This document shows positions 24,302-38,800 of a DNA stretch of 64,000 nucleotides, one piece after another. Position numbers and translations under genes: made by a program. Origin of the DNA: Perna viridis (taxonomy: Eukaryota). The notes under the pieces were generated by a model. The model saw nothing but the letters and a program-made list of their open reading frames with translations, ran no database searches and was not told the DNA's origin. Each line of letters starts with the position of its first letter. Position 1 is the first letter of the stretch. The stretch lies in contig CM074516.1 of NCBI GenBank assembly GCA_037379345.1, positions 46,165,626 to 46,229,625 of the forward strand. Direction: 5' to 3'.

Positions 24302-26659
24302 TGGAAGAGGAAGGAGAGTCCAGACAACAAAAGAAAGTTCGGATATTGGCCAAAAAGTTCGTCAAAAGATTCTCAAAAGGATTCGGCAGTGGAGTCGTAT
24401 TGTATACTGGCGTTAAAATTGTGTCTGCGTTGTTACGAAATCCGTTTCGGGAAAGGTAAGTGCATTCACCGCATGACCCTAGAGGGAAAGTTTTTTTTTT
24501 GCTTTTTTGTCTTGTTTTTGTTTTTATTATTTTTTTGTCTTGTTTGTTGTTGTTGCTTGTTGTTATGTTTTCATTGTTTTGCTTTGCTTGTTTTTCTGTT
24601 TCTGTTTTCTCCATTGTGGTTTGCTGGAATACGATTGATGATCCTTGTTAAAAATGTCACGTTTAAAGCAACTCAGTTGTTTGTGTTTTTCTTGACTTCA
24701 TTATTTTGTGTTATTTGTGAATCTTTACTTCAGATTTCCTGCCGTTCTGAAGGAGATAATATCTACTGACTGCCTTAAGCTAGCATCCTTTTTTGGTCTT
24801 TATCCAAGCGTTTACGAATTTGTCAGAGAAGTTCTTCAGTTAAAAAGGAATAAAAAGGTAAGCTGGTGGTGTATTTTTTAATTGTTCAAAAGGTTCGAGA
24901 CCTTGGCTAATGTGAACATCCTGATGCATCATACCCACACAAACAAGAAAAACTAAAAACGCAAACATAAATACGACAACCCCAACAACCAGAGAACGGT
25001 AAAAAATGTCGCTTCGTCACTTGAACACGTTTCATAGTTCAGTTTATAAAAAACAGTATTAAATTGTATTTTTGTCAGCTAAAATTTTCAATAATGATGT
25101 GAATCATTTTACGGTCGCAGAGGATACGCAGCTTTGTTTGCATCATTACAAAGACTAGAATTGCGAGAAAGATCATTTATTCAATATTTGATTTCTAGCA
25201 AGAACATATTACACAATAATGAATAACCATATGAATAAATGACATTACAAGATGCAAAGGTGGGGCCTAAAAGTGACAAATATCCCTGCAAAGGGACCCC
25301 CCACCCACAAGTATTAAAACTGTATATTGATTTATAGTGACCCTGTAGAATAGTCGTTGTGTTGTAAGTTGTACTAGATCTTTCTATATATAGATCTCGA
25401 TAGATATAATCTATTTTTAGGATGGATGGAATAACTGTATAGCTGGTGGCATTGCAGGATTAACTATCATCATAGAAGATCCCACCAGACGACAAGTGGT
25501 GACACTGTTTGCCATCGCTCGTGCATTCGGTGCACTTATATCTACCTTAGTTACCAGAGGACAAATTCCATATATACAGTTCAGTGAGACTGCTCTGTTC
25601 TCGCTGTGCTGTGGTTTTCTAGTGTATGCCGTGGCCCTGAACCCACAGCTTTTATACACAGGATATTACTACTCCGTCCTTAAGTGGTCCAGAGACTATA
25701 CAGACAAGAAACTCAATGTCTTATTCAGAAACCCTGGGCCTAAGTTCTTAACCTGTTCTGAGGTTGGACTACACGAAGACAGCTGCACGAGACATGCTTT
25801 TAAAGATTTTTTTCAGAGTATTCCAGCATTCGCTAAGTTGTATTTTCCAATTCACGTAACACCGGTTGTTATCTTCAGAAGAAAATTACTATTGGAGAGG
25901 TGAGTGGGTTTAGTAAACCGCAATAAACTTTGGCATTGCAAACTGAAAAAGAAAAGGAACATAGCGACAGTCAAAATATTTTTTACCACACTAAATACCA
26001 TTGTACTCAATTCACGAGTTTGGTGCCGGTCCCAAAACGCACAGTTCACTTTTAAGAAAAATAAATTTGTGACTAACTTAGGTTTTCATGTGATACTAAC
26101 ATTTACTACGTGTATCCCTTTTAAGTTTTAAAGCTTCTGTTTTGGGAAACGTAATAGTTGTCCACATATAAAAATTGTGTTATTTACTTTTAGACCAAAG
26201 CGAGTTCTGAAGTCGCTGGTGAAGAACACAGTATTCTCGACTGCTTTCCTCGCCACAATGGTCATGTTGGCCAAGTACGTCATCTGTTTGCTGAGGAACT
26301 TACAGCACCAACCTCCACCATTAAAGACCCACATTCCAGTTTTAGCCGGTTTTGCCTGCGGGTTGAGTGTCCTCTTAGAACGGGCAAACAGGCGGAAAGA
26401 ATTGACACTATTTCTCATCCCACATACACTGTACGCGTTATATCAATGGGCATTACAGAAGAAAGTCATCAGACATATACGATATAGTTCTGTAGCTTTA
26501 TTTAGTCTTTCTATGATTTCTATCATGCACGCTTATGAGCGAGAACGAGACTCACTTTCTATGTTATTGAATGGACTATTAAGGTACTTCGTTGGTGAGA
26601 GTGAAAATCGGATACCAAGACCCCAAAGAACGAGGAACTTAAGTGACATGGTTGGATAG
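24301..26659 (+). CDS. TMEM135-family (peroxisomal/mitochondrial, Tim17-like) multi-pass membrane protein, 407 aa
   Basis: Exons 24301-24455, 24734-24857, 25421-25899 and 26194-26659 total 1224 nt, all GT-AG and in frame. Motifs: KKDGWNNCIAGGIAGL..RRQVVTLFAIARA; Cys/His motif TCSEVGLHEDSC followed by KLYFPIH; STAFLA..YVICLLR; GLSVLLERANRRKELTLF. Confidence 0.85.
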
Positions 26660-27074
26660 GCATTTGAAAACATAGTGATCATCACATTTCTCTTAATCAA
26701 TTTGTAAGAAACACGGCTTATTATTTTATGAAATATTTTGAAATGTTAACAATGCATGGATTTATTACGTTGTTGTTGATATTTTTGTTGTTTTCTTTTC
26801 TTCTTTTTTTTTTGTTATAGACTATTGTTGCATATATGCTTTCTCGTTTAATTGTCACATAAAATCTCACAAAATAATAAAATACTCAGTTTTAATGGTT
26901 TGGATTGAGTTATTCCTCTTAGTTCATATTTTGGATATGGCTTCCAAACCACTTGACGAGTGACTGGGGCACAAAGAATAAAATTAAAATAGTGGTAACA
27001 TAAGTAATTTAGGTTAGGGACCCAGAACGTTCAACAATCTTAGAATATAATCTAAGAACAACGACCAGGTGAAA

Positions 27075-27415
27075 AAAATAACCAAAATAACACATATATT
27101 TAAACAAAAGTCAATGAGCAACATGGACTCCACTAAAACTTGGAGCATAGGCCAAGTCACGGGTTTGGAGTAAGCACTTTTGCTTTTCTAGAAAAACCCA
27201 CCAACGGGATACACAAAGGAGTAAAAGAACACTATGGCAAAATGAACAAATTGTTTCTCCTGGTGCAAACGATTTACGAGTTCACTTTTGTAGTGATGAC
27301 TTCGATGTTGTAGGGACATACCATTGTTCTAGAAGACTAATTGTAAGATTAGCACGGTACAAAGAGTCCGCGTAGTTTCAACAAGCTGTGGCATAGCGTC
27401 TGAGTTGTGATATGT
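27075..27415 (-). mobile_element. Degenerate 3' fragment of the same Penelope-like family
   Basis: Colinear with 17800-18170, e.g. atgagcaacatggactccactaaaac, gcttttctagaaa, tgtagtgatgactt, gttctagaagacta, gagttgtgatatg. Confidence 0.75.
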
Positions 27416-28463
27416 GATGCAAGGAACAGATAGGCAGTGGTGAACACTGAAAATGTCCATGCTTGTGTACTACAGAATTCGTTCAAACTTTGAAGGTGTT
27501 TATTGAGATGTTATGCAAATTTTCTCAACGGCATGCTAATTTTTTTGCGATCTGAATAAAGTGACAGTAAGATTTGTCAGTGGTACTTTGCTTACGCAGC
27601 ATCTATTCTACTTCTGTTTGGCGTATATCTTTAATTTAATTCGCCTAGAATGTTTTTGGGTGTACAAATGTTGTTTTTGTTTTTGTTTTTTTATAAAAAT
27701 GTATATCAAAGTTATTTAAGTCCCGTCGACCTTTATTGTATTTGGCGTTTGCTCTTGCTCAATACCACTTGTATGGTGATTCTGAACTGGCAAGGACCAA
27801 CGAATTCACAGATCACCGTCACTTGAACTTAGTCAGAAATTTAGACCTCAAATCAGTTTTTTTTTCTGTCATTTACGATTACTCCTTTTCGCGTGTTATC
27901 AGCTATTGACGTCAGTTGTACATAATGTGTTTAAATTGGTGCGGTTCTTTTGCTGATGACGATAAAAACAATCTTGGACCATCTTAAGCCATTTTATATC
28001 ATTTCTGTTTCTAGATCATTAGCTTTAATTTTCTACATAAAAACATGGGGACATTTTTTTAATTAATCAAATTATGGTATGTTTGTTTCGGTAACAGAAA
28101 CTTTGAAAACCAGAGCTTTTACCCTCCCGACGAGAGCTCACTTGGATATAAACGTGTTATAAGAATATTGTTCTGATTATTGAAGTCATTCGCTGTTCTG
28201 CCTAGCCACATGCTGTAACGCTTTGGTATCTCTTTAATACATGTTTTTGTCCATCACCGTCTCCAGTGTTATTAATTGAATTGGAATAAAAACAATATAT
28301 ACATGTACTCTTGCTTCCCTTTACTATTCTTGGACAAGAAGCCTTGACATGAAAAATCCATTAGGATCTTTCTTAAAATTAAATTCTTATATGATACTGT
28401 ATCAGATATATATATTTGATGTCAATGTCTAAATGTCTGTTGAGTAACATTATGTCTCTGATA

Positions 28464-28762
28464 ATACTGAATTGCAGAATGAGATTGCTGAGTACTGAAT
28501 TGCAGAATGAGATTGCTGAGTACTGAACTGCAGAATGAGATTGCTGAGTACTGGATTGCAGAATGAGATTGCTGAGTACTGGGTTGCAGAATGAGATTGC
28601 TGAGTACTGAACTGCAGAATGAGATTGCTGAGTACTGAACTGCAGAATGAGATTGCTGAGTACTGGATTGCAGAATGAGATTGCTGAGTACTGAATTGCA
28701 AAATGAGATTGCTGAGTACTGAACTGCAGAATGAGATTGCTGAGTACTGGGTTGCAGAATGA
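28464..28762. repeat. 28-bp tandem repeat (~10.5 copies)
   Basis: Unit TACTGAACTGCAGAATGAGATTGCTGAG. Confidence 0.95.
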
Positions 28763-29951
28763 GAGTGTTCAGTTTTTGTCTAGATTTTTGTTTTATTTTT
28801 GGTTACTTCATGTTATTTATGTTGTCTTCTACTGTTTACAAGGTAAATAATGGTTACATTAGATACTAATGAGTTCCAGCAGGGACTCCCTGGTTTGGGT
28901 TATTCTGAATAGCTTTGTGAAATACCAATATGATAACAAAGATAAATGTTTTATATTATTTTATTTTGACCAAGTTATGGGTTTATCATGACTTGATACA
29001 ACAGTATCAAATGTATATATATAATAATAATAATAATGTTCAGTAAACAACCCTTTGCTGTCTACAGCAGTTCCCATGGCAACACAATAGTTACCATGAC
29101 AACATTGCAGCAGGTTAATTGCATAGATAAACATACAGAATTTTGTACATTTTCCTTCATTTAGAGGTGTCATAAAAGAGTTCACAACCTATAGGTAACC
29201 TTTATAATTGCATAGGAAGGAAATAAACCCTCCATTTATATTAAACAAGAAAATCAGCTATTTAGAAGAGGAAGTGTAAAATAAAAAAAATAAATAAGTA
29301 TAAAAACTATACGTAATAGCACTTTCAATAATTACTTCTTTACATCTGATTGACAATTAACTGCATATTCTACCAAATATAACTTGGCAAAAAATAATTT
29401 GTTAATTGTTTTAATATGTACAATTTAAAATTTTGATTGACAAGAGAAAGACTAAACAATTTCTTTTCTAAATTCTTAAAAATGTACAAAATTACAAATA
29501 AGACATAAACAATATACACAACATGTATTTTACACATGTTTAAGACAATATCTACACATTTATTTACACATTACACATTTACAATTTGAGTATTATATCA
29601 TTTATTACATAAAATTGTAGATATACAATTTTTTTCCACAGAGTATATCAACCATTTTACGAGGTATTTTTCTAGTAATATATTAAAATGATCATTTTAA
29701 AAATTCCCACCACAGAATTATCCCACATTCAACCATCTTCTTTAATTCCAAGCAAGTTCGCTAAATTTGGTTAATATTCAATAGATTTTTCATATTAAAA
29801 ACAGGATTTTTGAATCAACAAAATTTCTGTTTTAATATGAAAGGCTTTGTTAAAAGATATAAAAAACAGTATTTTTATCCCAAACTTTGACAGAAATATT
29901 CCTATAACAGACAGACAGACAATGGAAGACACAACCAACATATATCACAGT

Positions 29952-32815
29952 TTATACAAATGTAACCTCTGTATCAACGTAAGTCCAGGATTCATGATCT
30001 GACGAATGATTTGGTGAAATCTGTACGTTTCCTGAACTTCGACTAGAGGCATCAGAGTCATCACTGAAACTGTCTCGTGCTTGGGGGCCACCCAAACGTC
30101 TGTGTGAAACAGATGACGTAGTCAAAGGAATGTTTGCACTATTTTCAGTATTTGAGCTGCTACAACTACTGTTACTTGAGGAGCTCATACGAGCATTGTC
30201 GCGACGAAATGGGGGAGGAGGCTGATAAGGTGGAGGAGGTGGGCGACTTTCTGTTGCCTGAGAATTACTTGGCGACATTTGTCCTGATCTGTCATAAACA
30301 GATCGTAAGTTTTTGACACTCCATGGCAACTCAGTATCCCTTTTAGGGGTATTATCCCTTGACAAATTTTGTGAGCTTGTAACATCCCTTGATGCTGATG
30401 GAACTGAGTCTCTTTTTGATTTCCATACAATAGTATTCTTTGATTCAAATTTGTTGGTTGCACTACTGCTTTGTTGAGCACTACTTCCCCTAGCACCACC
30501 AAGATAACGAGGTTTGGGAGTTATATCTCTTCTTTCAAAATCTCTGGAGTATGAATTAGAACGATCCTGAGAAAGTGATGAATCCCGAGATTTGATAGAG
30601 TATCGTGACTCAACCGATGTATCTCTACTCTGTTCATTTGAGCTTCTCCGTGATTGAGCACTATAACTTTGAGCAATACTGTCTGAAGTTTTGGGGAAGA
30701 AGTGTCGACCAGTGACAGGACTGGAATCTGATCGATCACGACGATACGGTGGAATCTGTTGGTTTTCTGTAACAGTGTCTGATGAACTATTTGATACACT
30801 AGATGATGAATAATTTAATTGTTTATTTGGAGCTGTATTCCTATTAGCACCAGTTGAAAGTCTATCATTAGCAAGTGGTGATTTTTCTCTAGTTGGACTC
30901 CTATGAGCCCACATACCTGCTTTATCAGATGAGTCACTGTAACTGCGATGTAAACTACTTGGGGACAACAAATGACTGTCCTTAGAAGATTTACTGTCAG
31001 GCACGTTATTAGTACTTTTTTGTTCATAGGCTTTCATTGACTCCTCGTAAATCTTTTTTGGATCTTTTTTACACACTATTAATTCCTCCTCACTACTGTC
31101 AGAAGTCTCACCTTCACTCTCCTCCTTTTCATCAATTACCTCCTCCTTTCTTGGAACATCTTTATGTTCCATGTTTTGAACACTAGGGCTATTCAAATGC
31201 TCCTCCATGTATTTGCGTAGTGATTCTTCATACAATTGTTTTGCAAGTAAACTTGCCTCTTTCTGCTTTTGGCTATCTTGTTCTGATATTTCCAAAGGAA
31301 TTCCATGCTTAATCATAAATGTTCTCTGACAAGCCTCATCATAAGAAGGCGGTTTTTCTGGTCGGCTTGGAGAACTTGATAGTGTTCTATTGATATCACC
31401 ATCACTGTCACTTTTAACTAAAGGAAATGGATGTGTAGTTAACTTTGGGACATGAAGTTCTGAATGATGGTAGTCTTGGTTTCTCTGCTCACTCCCAGAG
31501 CTACCAGAATCAGTACTATTCCTGCGTACTTGAGATAAAATGGCACTGTCATGACTTGCACGCATTGGGGCTATTTCACGTTTATGCTGTTTCTGATGAT
31601 TTCTTAAAATGACGCCAGGAGGTGGCGATGTACCAAGTCCATATTTTGTAAATGCCTTCATGGGCATATTTTGTCTAATGTCATTAGTAGAAGCACTAGA
31701 ACCATTTTTCAACATAGGTGAGTAATGTTCACTGTCTTTTTGATCGTGAAATTCACAAGCAGTAAGCTGATATCTGGGTCTGATTATGTCCTCAGCTTCT
31801 TTAAAACTGTCTGATCCTGAACCCTTACTTGCATTAGAATAGTCCAGAGGAAAAGATCTTCTAACAGAAACATTCTGTTTAGATGAGTCAGAATTGAACA
31901 CTTTATGGGAGGTTTTAGGTGACACTGGTGGTGACACAAGGTAGTTGGCACTTTTCTTAGAACTGTTTGACCTCTTTGCACTACTCAAATGACTACCAAC
32001 TGATGCATCATCCTGACTCTCCTGAATTCTGTTGCTACACGCACTCCAAACCGAGAATTGTGATTCATGTGAAGGTATAAATGATGAACATGATGATGAA
32101 TGAGGAATACCACTGTCAATTGAACTACCGGTAGAAAGTCTTGACTGAGGTGACATTGGTGGGTTACTTTCTGTTACAGAAGATTGTCTTGTAAGTTTCC
32201 CACTGTTACCATGACGCTGAGTTTGGATTTCACACTCAGATACATAGTGTTTATTGCTAGATTCCTTATTCTCATCGAAATACAAATGAGCACCACTAGA
32301 AGATTTGGTTAATGTTCCAAAATCTGCATTATGCACATGTAAAAACTGAGTTTCTCTTTCTATATCTACCATATCTTCAAGAGATCGTAAAGACTCACAA
32401 GAGGCCCGTTTCAATTTCTGATAATTCTCAGCACTATAACTTTGGGTCATATGATTTCTAGCACCTTTATCAATGTCTTTTTCCATTAAATATTCACGTT
32501 TCTTATTTTTTCGTGGAGGTGGCTTTGGATTTTCAAATGCAGTATCGTAACTCCGACTCACAGTATTTTCTGTATATTTCAATTTCTCAGAATCTCTTTC
32601 CATATATTGTGAAACACTTCTGTTATAATTTTTCCTTTCTGACAAATTTTCAGTACTACCATCCTCATCGTAAAGCTGAGCATCACTCAGCGTTAATCCT
32701 GAGTCTCTACTAAGATTTGAAGGAGATAGATGACTTTTCACAAGGTTAGGACTATGATCCAGATCTCCGATGTATAAATCACTATCTATAGATAAGTTGT
32801 CTGGTCTCATACCAC
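29952..32815 (-). CDS. ARHGAP20: Terminal 2.86-kb exon of the ARHGAP20-like gene (Ser-rich disordered tail)
   Basis: 952-aa ORF behind a ttttacag|GT acceptor; SRDSGLTLSD motif near the start; ends in ..TEVTFV*. Confidence 0.88.
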
Positions 32816-35800
32816 CTGTAAAAAGTAATATATCAATGTACTATATAATTAAACACACCTAAAATTTGGAGTTGTACCATATATTTCTTCTTTTTGTTGG
32901 AAGTAACATACATTCCTATAAGCAATTAGAGTTACCTCCCTTACAAAACAAATCAGTTAAGGATGTTAGTTTTTCAATTTCATCTTTTTTTTCCAAAAAT
33001 GCAATGAATTATGAGATAAACTTACTTCCTGAGTCCTGTGCACTAAGGTAGCTATGCATGCTGTCTGAGTCTGTACTTGAATCTCTACACTTCTCTTCAC
33101 CAAACAGATGGAGTGTCTCGTCACCAAATACTGCACCACAATTATCTATGAGGTACATTATTGCCTTATGTGGTGTTTGATTTGCCATTGGATCCTTAAC
33201 TTGTTCCTTTGACCAAAGAATACTTGGAGTGATGCACACAGCTAGATTGTATGATGTCATCATGTTCTCACTGTGTTTATCTTGTATGTGGTGTAGAACA
33301 CAGATTAAATGGCGTAAGAGGTCAAAATTTGATGGTGGAATTTTGAACAACAACCTGCAAAAAGGAAAGATGTTCAGCATCATCTATATACCTTTCTATC
33401 ATTTAGATAGCAGTGTTTTATCTATGTTCCCAGTGTGATACCAGTAAATTTCAATAATTCACAATGTGAAATAAATTCGGGAATTTCACTCTCGGACTTT
33501 CTACCGCCAAAACATCACAACTTTGATATAAATCCGCCTACCGCAAAATTTAAAATTCATGTTGAAAATATAAAATATTATAAATAGGACAATCCATTGT
33601 TTATCACGAATAACAAAAATAAGATCACTCATGCCAAGAACACTTGAATATTTAACTCATTTGCGGAACAAATTCCACAAACTTGTCAAATCTAAGTGTT
33701 CTTTGGCACTCATGATAATATATTTGTTATTCCAATTAATTATCCTATTATTAATGAGCAAAGTTACACAATTATGCAAGTCGAAATTTGCAACAACAGA
33801 AGTTTTGATTTTATTTTATTTTGCCTTAACTTTCTACTATCAGAGCCGTTACCCTGATTCAAAGTATACACAGAACTCATCAATTCTCTTTAGTTTTCAA
33901 CTATTACATCTTATGTAAAGGTCCATTTTCATTCAATCTCAAAGTTAAGTGTTAGATCTAGATGCAGACATTTTATTTTATTTATGACATTGTTTGAAAT
34001 TTTTTGTCTCTTTGTAGTTACTACACCTATAGAACAATAATTATGTGATAATTACAGGTAAGCCTGAAGGATCCTAGATAATATCTGGTATTCAACAGGA
34101 AAAAGAGAAATCAGATTTCTGTGATAACAAAAAATCTCTTTTTATCATAAGCTATAACTCCAGGCATTTGTATTAAATAAGTAAAATCATTTTATCCCTT
34201 TCTATTTGTTAAAGCTGTTTAAATGTAAATTTTATTCAAACATTGTAATTTTGTGTAATGTTATTTTACACCTGAAATAACTTGCCATTTACCTTGACAA
34301 AGGGAAATAGTTACACATTATTTTTTCCTCCCTAAAAATTGTCCATAAAATTGAGTTATTAATGTACACCTGTCTTTCAAAAAGCAAACTGAAATGTCAT
34401 ATTCAGTTGAAGGGTTTCTGTTTCAAGTTTTGATAAGAGAGAGTCACATTAACATTTTCTTAACATCAATTAATACTGTATGTAATTATTTGCAGTATAA
34501 TCTCTTCATTAAGTAGAAAGAATTTCAATTCGAGTTGATGAAAGACCAATGTGTCCTAGAACTGACCTTAAAAGAATGGTTTTCTAGGTGTGGCTCTTAT
34601 TGGAAGTTTTTTTTTGTGCTTATCATTACAGTAACTAAATTCTCACACTAAAATAAACCATGCCCAAAATCTTATAACAGTAATCAGTCACAATTGTGAG
34701 AATTAATTTTTTTTGTAAAGACATAACTTAAGTGTCAACATCCTTTAAAGGTAGTTAAGTTTTATGGATGCTAAATATAAAATCAGATATGGTCTAATAG
34801 GTAGTGACATCAACAGTTTTTATTATTTTAAGAAGTTTATGGTGATGAATTAAGACTGGTGGTACTTTTATATAATGTAACTTCACTCCTTGTATTAGGT
34901 TAGATAAGTGGGAACATAAAATGCCTTAAAGCTATCGTCAAATAGATACTGATCTAAATGTCCTCATGTGTTGAACCTTTACCTTTAATTAAATCAAAAT
35001 TAAACTTGGAAATTCACTCCCCTTAATTACTGTGATTATACTAATTGAACTATTATATAGGTAAGAGTGAGGTCACATCGGTCAGGTCGTAGGTCAAGCA
35101 GGTCAGATTCACTGACACTTATGAATGTTAGAACAAATTTGACATACCTCAACAAGGACACGCTTTTTTAACACCAATTTTTTTAATGTTAAAATATTTT
35201 ACACATATAATTTCCTTTATATTTTATTATAAAGCGGAAAAGGTCATTGGATATATTTATTAACGCTTGGTAAATTTAATAATTACAATTACTATGAACA
35301 CACTTTATTACTGTTATTACCGTAGTTTGAGGTCAATGACCAAACATTTGTATGCTTTTTACTGAAGAATTTCTATACTTGCCTTATTGTTTAATGACAA
35401 TAGAAATTTTTGGTCTGAGTGCACTATACCTAAATAAGGAGTTAAATACTAGACTTATCTTATACTTAAAGAAGGGTGCTAGAATTTATCTTATTTTATC
35501 AGATACATCAGACAGACAGTAATCTGAATTGTTATAAGGAGTTTGTGAGACTCTATCACCCTTTGTATGAGTGCCACTGTAAATGATTAACTAGTTACTT
35601 TCTTGGTATTCCCCAGTCCTTACAGTATTTCTATTGATACTTACTGTTTAACTTTGTTCATCTTGTTTGGAGAATCATCCTGCTCACTGAGAGCCACCCA
35701 TTCATTATAATGATCCTCCAACAGAAGGCAGTGAGGTAAACTACGGAGATATTCCTTCAGGACAGCCCCAACAACCAACGTCTGAAGGTTGTCATCCAGA

Positions 35801-38800
35801 ACTTCCTCGCCTTCATCAAGTTTATCATGTATTTCCTTACACTTCAGCTGGTTAGCTGATTTTCTCAGAATACCTTTTGTGTAAGGGCCATCACGGTACA
35901 TAATTCGAAGCAAGTTCTGAAAAGATCAAGAAGAAACCTTCAGTTACAAAGTACTAAGTAGATATTATTTCAACGTAAAAAATACTTTTCTTTGAATAAA
36001 TTCAATTTCAATAACTAAATTCTTTAAAATGTTGTTTAAAACATGAGCCTTTGCAACTTTACACTACTTTGCAAATATTGGATGATTTAATATACATTGT
36101 GTATGATCTTTTATGAAGCTTACCATCACTGCTTTTGGAAGACCCTCTTCCGTCACCAAATCTTCCAGAGGCTTTCCAAACAATTTCCCAGTTGGTGAAG
36201 AATTATTATTCTTATCATCCTTTCCTCTACGAAAAATACTGAAAGGGGAACGCCGAGATTTTTTCATACTCTTCCCAGAATTTTCATCTGTAAAGAGAAA
36301 CACATTGAATAGAATCAGTTATTCTGAAATGTATAAATGTAGCAAGTTCAAGTTACAATGAGAGTAAGTAATGAAATACATGTACTTACAATATCGTACA
36401 AAATCCAAGTCATCAAGACTTTTGATTTTACGAATTCTAATATGCTTGGAACGCATACTTCCTCACAAAAACAAAACTTGGCTTTCAATATCCAATTTTA
36501 CATTGTAAATAGCACAAAGACGAATCAGATGAATTCCTAAGACATTCAGAATATTTCCATCTTCACAAAACATAAAAGAGACAGGAAATAGTTTCCTCTT
36601 TCCTGAACATTATTGGGTACATGACTGGGGTATATACAGTGAATCATGTACAGGTCTATGATTAATTGTAATTCTACCTGTATCTATCAATCAAACCAAG
36701 TCAATTTGTACCTGAAGGCTACCTGCTGAACACCTACGTAATAAATACAGGTAAATTAGTCCCCTATCATGTCAAAATCATAAAAAATACACAACCTCTG
36801 GACTAAAACTGACCCCTATTGGTATTACATGTATATAAAGTTTACATGTACATGTTTGCCACCATACAAATGTTCATGTACAATGTAGGTATTACAGGAA
36901 ATCTGTCACTGCAAAGAAAATATGGTCATATGACTTGTTTAGTGTTTTTTTCTTCTTTTTTTTTTCAGGAGGTACGGGGAGGTGGAAGTTCTATCTTATC
37001 ATACATATATCATATAAAAGTGTCAAGTTGTGTTTATTTGCAATAAATTTAACCCTTTAACAAGTTATGGCTATAAAATGTTTAAACAGCCTTTTTTGGA
37101 GACCACAAAAACTCATGTGGAGGTACTGTTAGAGTTGACAATTTTCACCTCCTGCCATTGGCTATGTTTACTGTTAAGAGTTGACAATTTTCACCCCCTG
37201 CCATTGGTTATATTTCAATACAATCCCATCAATAAAGAATTACATCACAGACACCCTGATTACTTCCCTTTATACCATGGCAGTATTGTATAACACAACA
37301 CAATTATCAATGAAATAGTTTAATCCCTATACCCCCCATTCATACAGAAAAATAAGTGCTAATTGTCGTCTAATAATATAACCACTTATTCAGGACTAGA
37401 GAAGAAAACCTTGAATGGCGATAGATCTGAGAAACTTTAAAGACGTTTAGATATTTCCTACGTAATTATTTGGATAATTTTAAACAATTAAATTGTATAT
37501 ATTGGATCTCACGCGTCAGATTTTCTAATTTGGTGCACAACTAGATCATGATTTGCACTTAAAAATCTTTACAAAGATTAAATCTAGATTCAACCTACAT
37601 GTTCCCTTACCTTAATTTGTTAACTTGTGGTAGAGAATTGCTAGTCAATTCATACAGAATCCCTAGTGTTATATACTGAGAACATGGAACTAAACATGTG
37701 TGTATTACCCATTACTTACTAAACATGTGTGTATTACCCATTACTTACTATAGATAGTTCTATTTTTTTTCCTTTAAATTTTACATGTCAAGTTGGGTCG
37801 ACTTATCTCCAGCTTAATATCAGTGTGTCACTATTGTGGTTTTTAACATGTCTTGTTCAATTCCTAATTACTTATTTCTGGTTAAATGAAAGTCTCCAAA
37901 CAATTACTGTTTTTTACAAACCAAACATGCAAATTTTGACATTATTGAAAAACAAGTAGTGGCCTTTACACATGTCATAACATCTATGACACAGTGTTAT
38001 CTACGTCAATCATCTCTCCTCAAGTAAACAAAAAAATGCTGTTGTTTCCACAAACTATCACTTTAATTATAAATCTATCAATATGAATATTAATAACTGA
38101 ATATGATTATTTTTTGGTTCTATTTCTGTCATGAGATGTCTTGCTATTAGGGAACATGAATACTAATTTTTATGTCAACAGATTTTCTATTTACCATTAG
38201 GTATGTATAAACAATTCTGACTAAACTACAGTGATTTTAATTTATCATTTACCAATTGTCCATAATCTAAAGTAAAAAACATCAAACATTTTTCCCTTAA
38301 TTCTTCGAGTCAAAACTGTCAAGATACATGATGGGACATGCATGTAAGTGGACTTTTCCATGGCTGACATACAATTGGATAAAATCATTCCAGGTGAGAA
38401 ACTGCTAATTAGATTTGTATGTTAATCAGCACTCAGGTGATTAAGCATGTAAAGTTTTTCCTTTTATCTTCTGTCAACACCAGATTATAGATTACCTTTT
38501 ATCTTCTTTTTGTTTAAAATTCCTTCTAATCATTAAGAGGATTAATTTGGTTTTGACTGACATGAGAATTCATGGTACATGAAACATCTTATTATGGATA
38601 GGTCAAATTTTAAGGTCAACTAATTTTCTTATTTATAAGTAGGTACTATAATCCTAGCTGTAACAACTCAAGGATGATATTACTATTAAATTAAACATAC
38701 ATGTACCAGTACAATATAGAAACTAAACATACATGTACCAGTACAATATAGAAAACCTATAAAAATGATCAGTTCAACAAGTTTTCCACTGGATTCATTT

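Noticed and set aside
24282-24769. Hydrophobic and Lys/Asn-rich ORFs overlapping TMEM135-like exon 1
   Set aside because: Derived from the T/G-rich low-complexity first intron; the real frame starts at ATG 24301 and splices at 24455.
28450-28701. 83-aa repetitive ORF (QFSTQQSHSA..)
   Set aside because: By-product of the 28-bp tandem repeat cycling through frames.
35053-35437. Possible MITE with imperfect TIRs (ttatataggtaagagtg / cactatacctaaataa)
   Set aside because: TIR match is weak and there is no second copy in the window.
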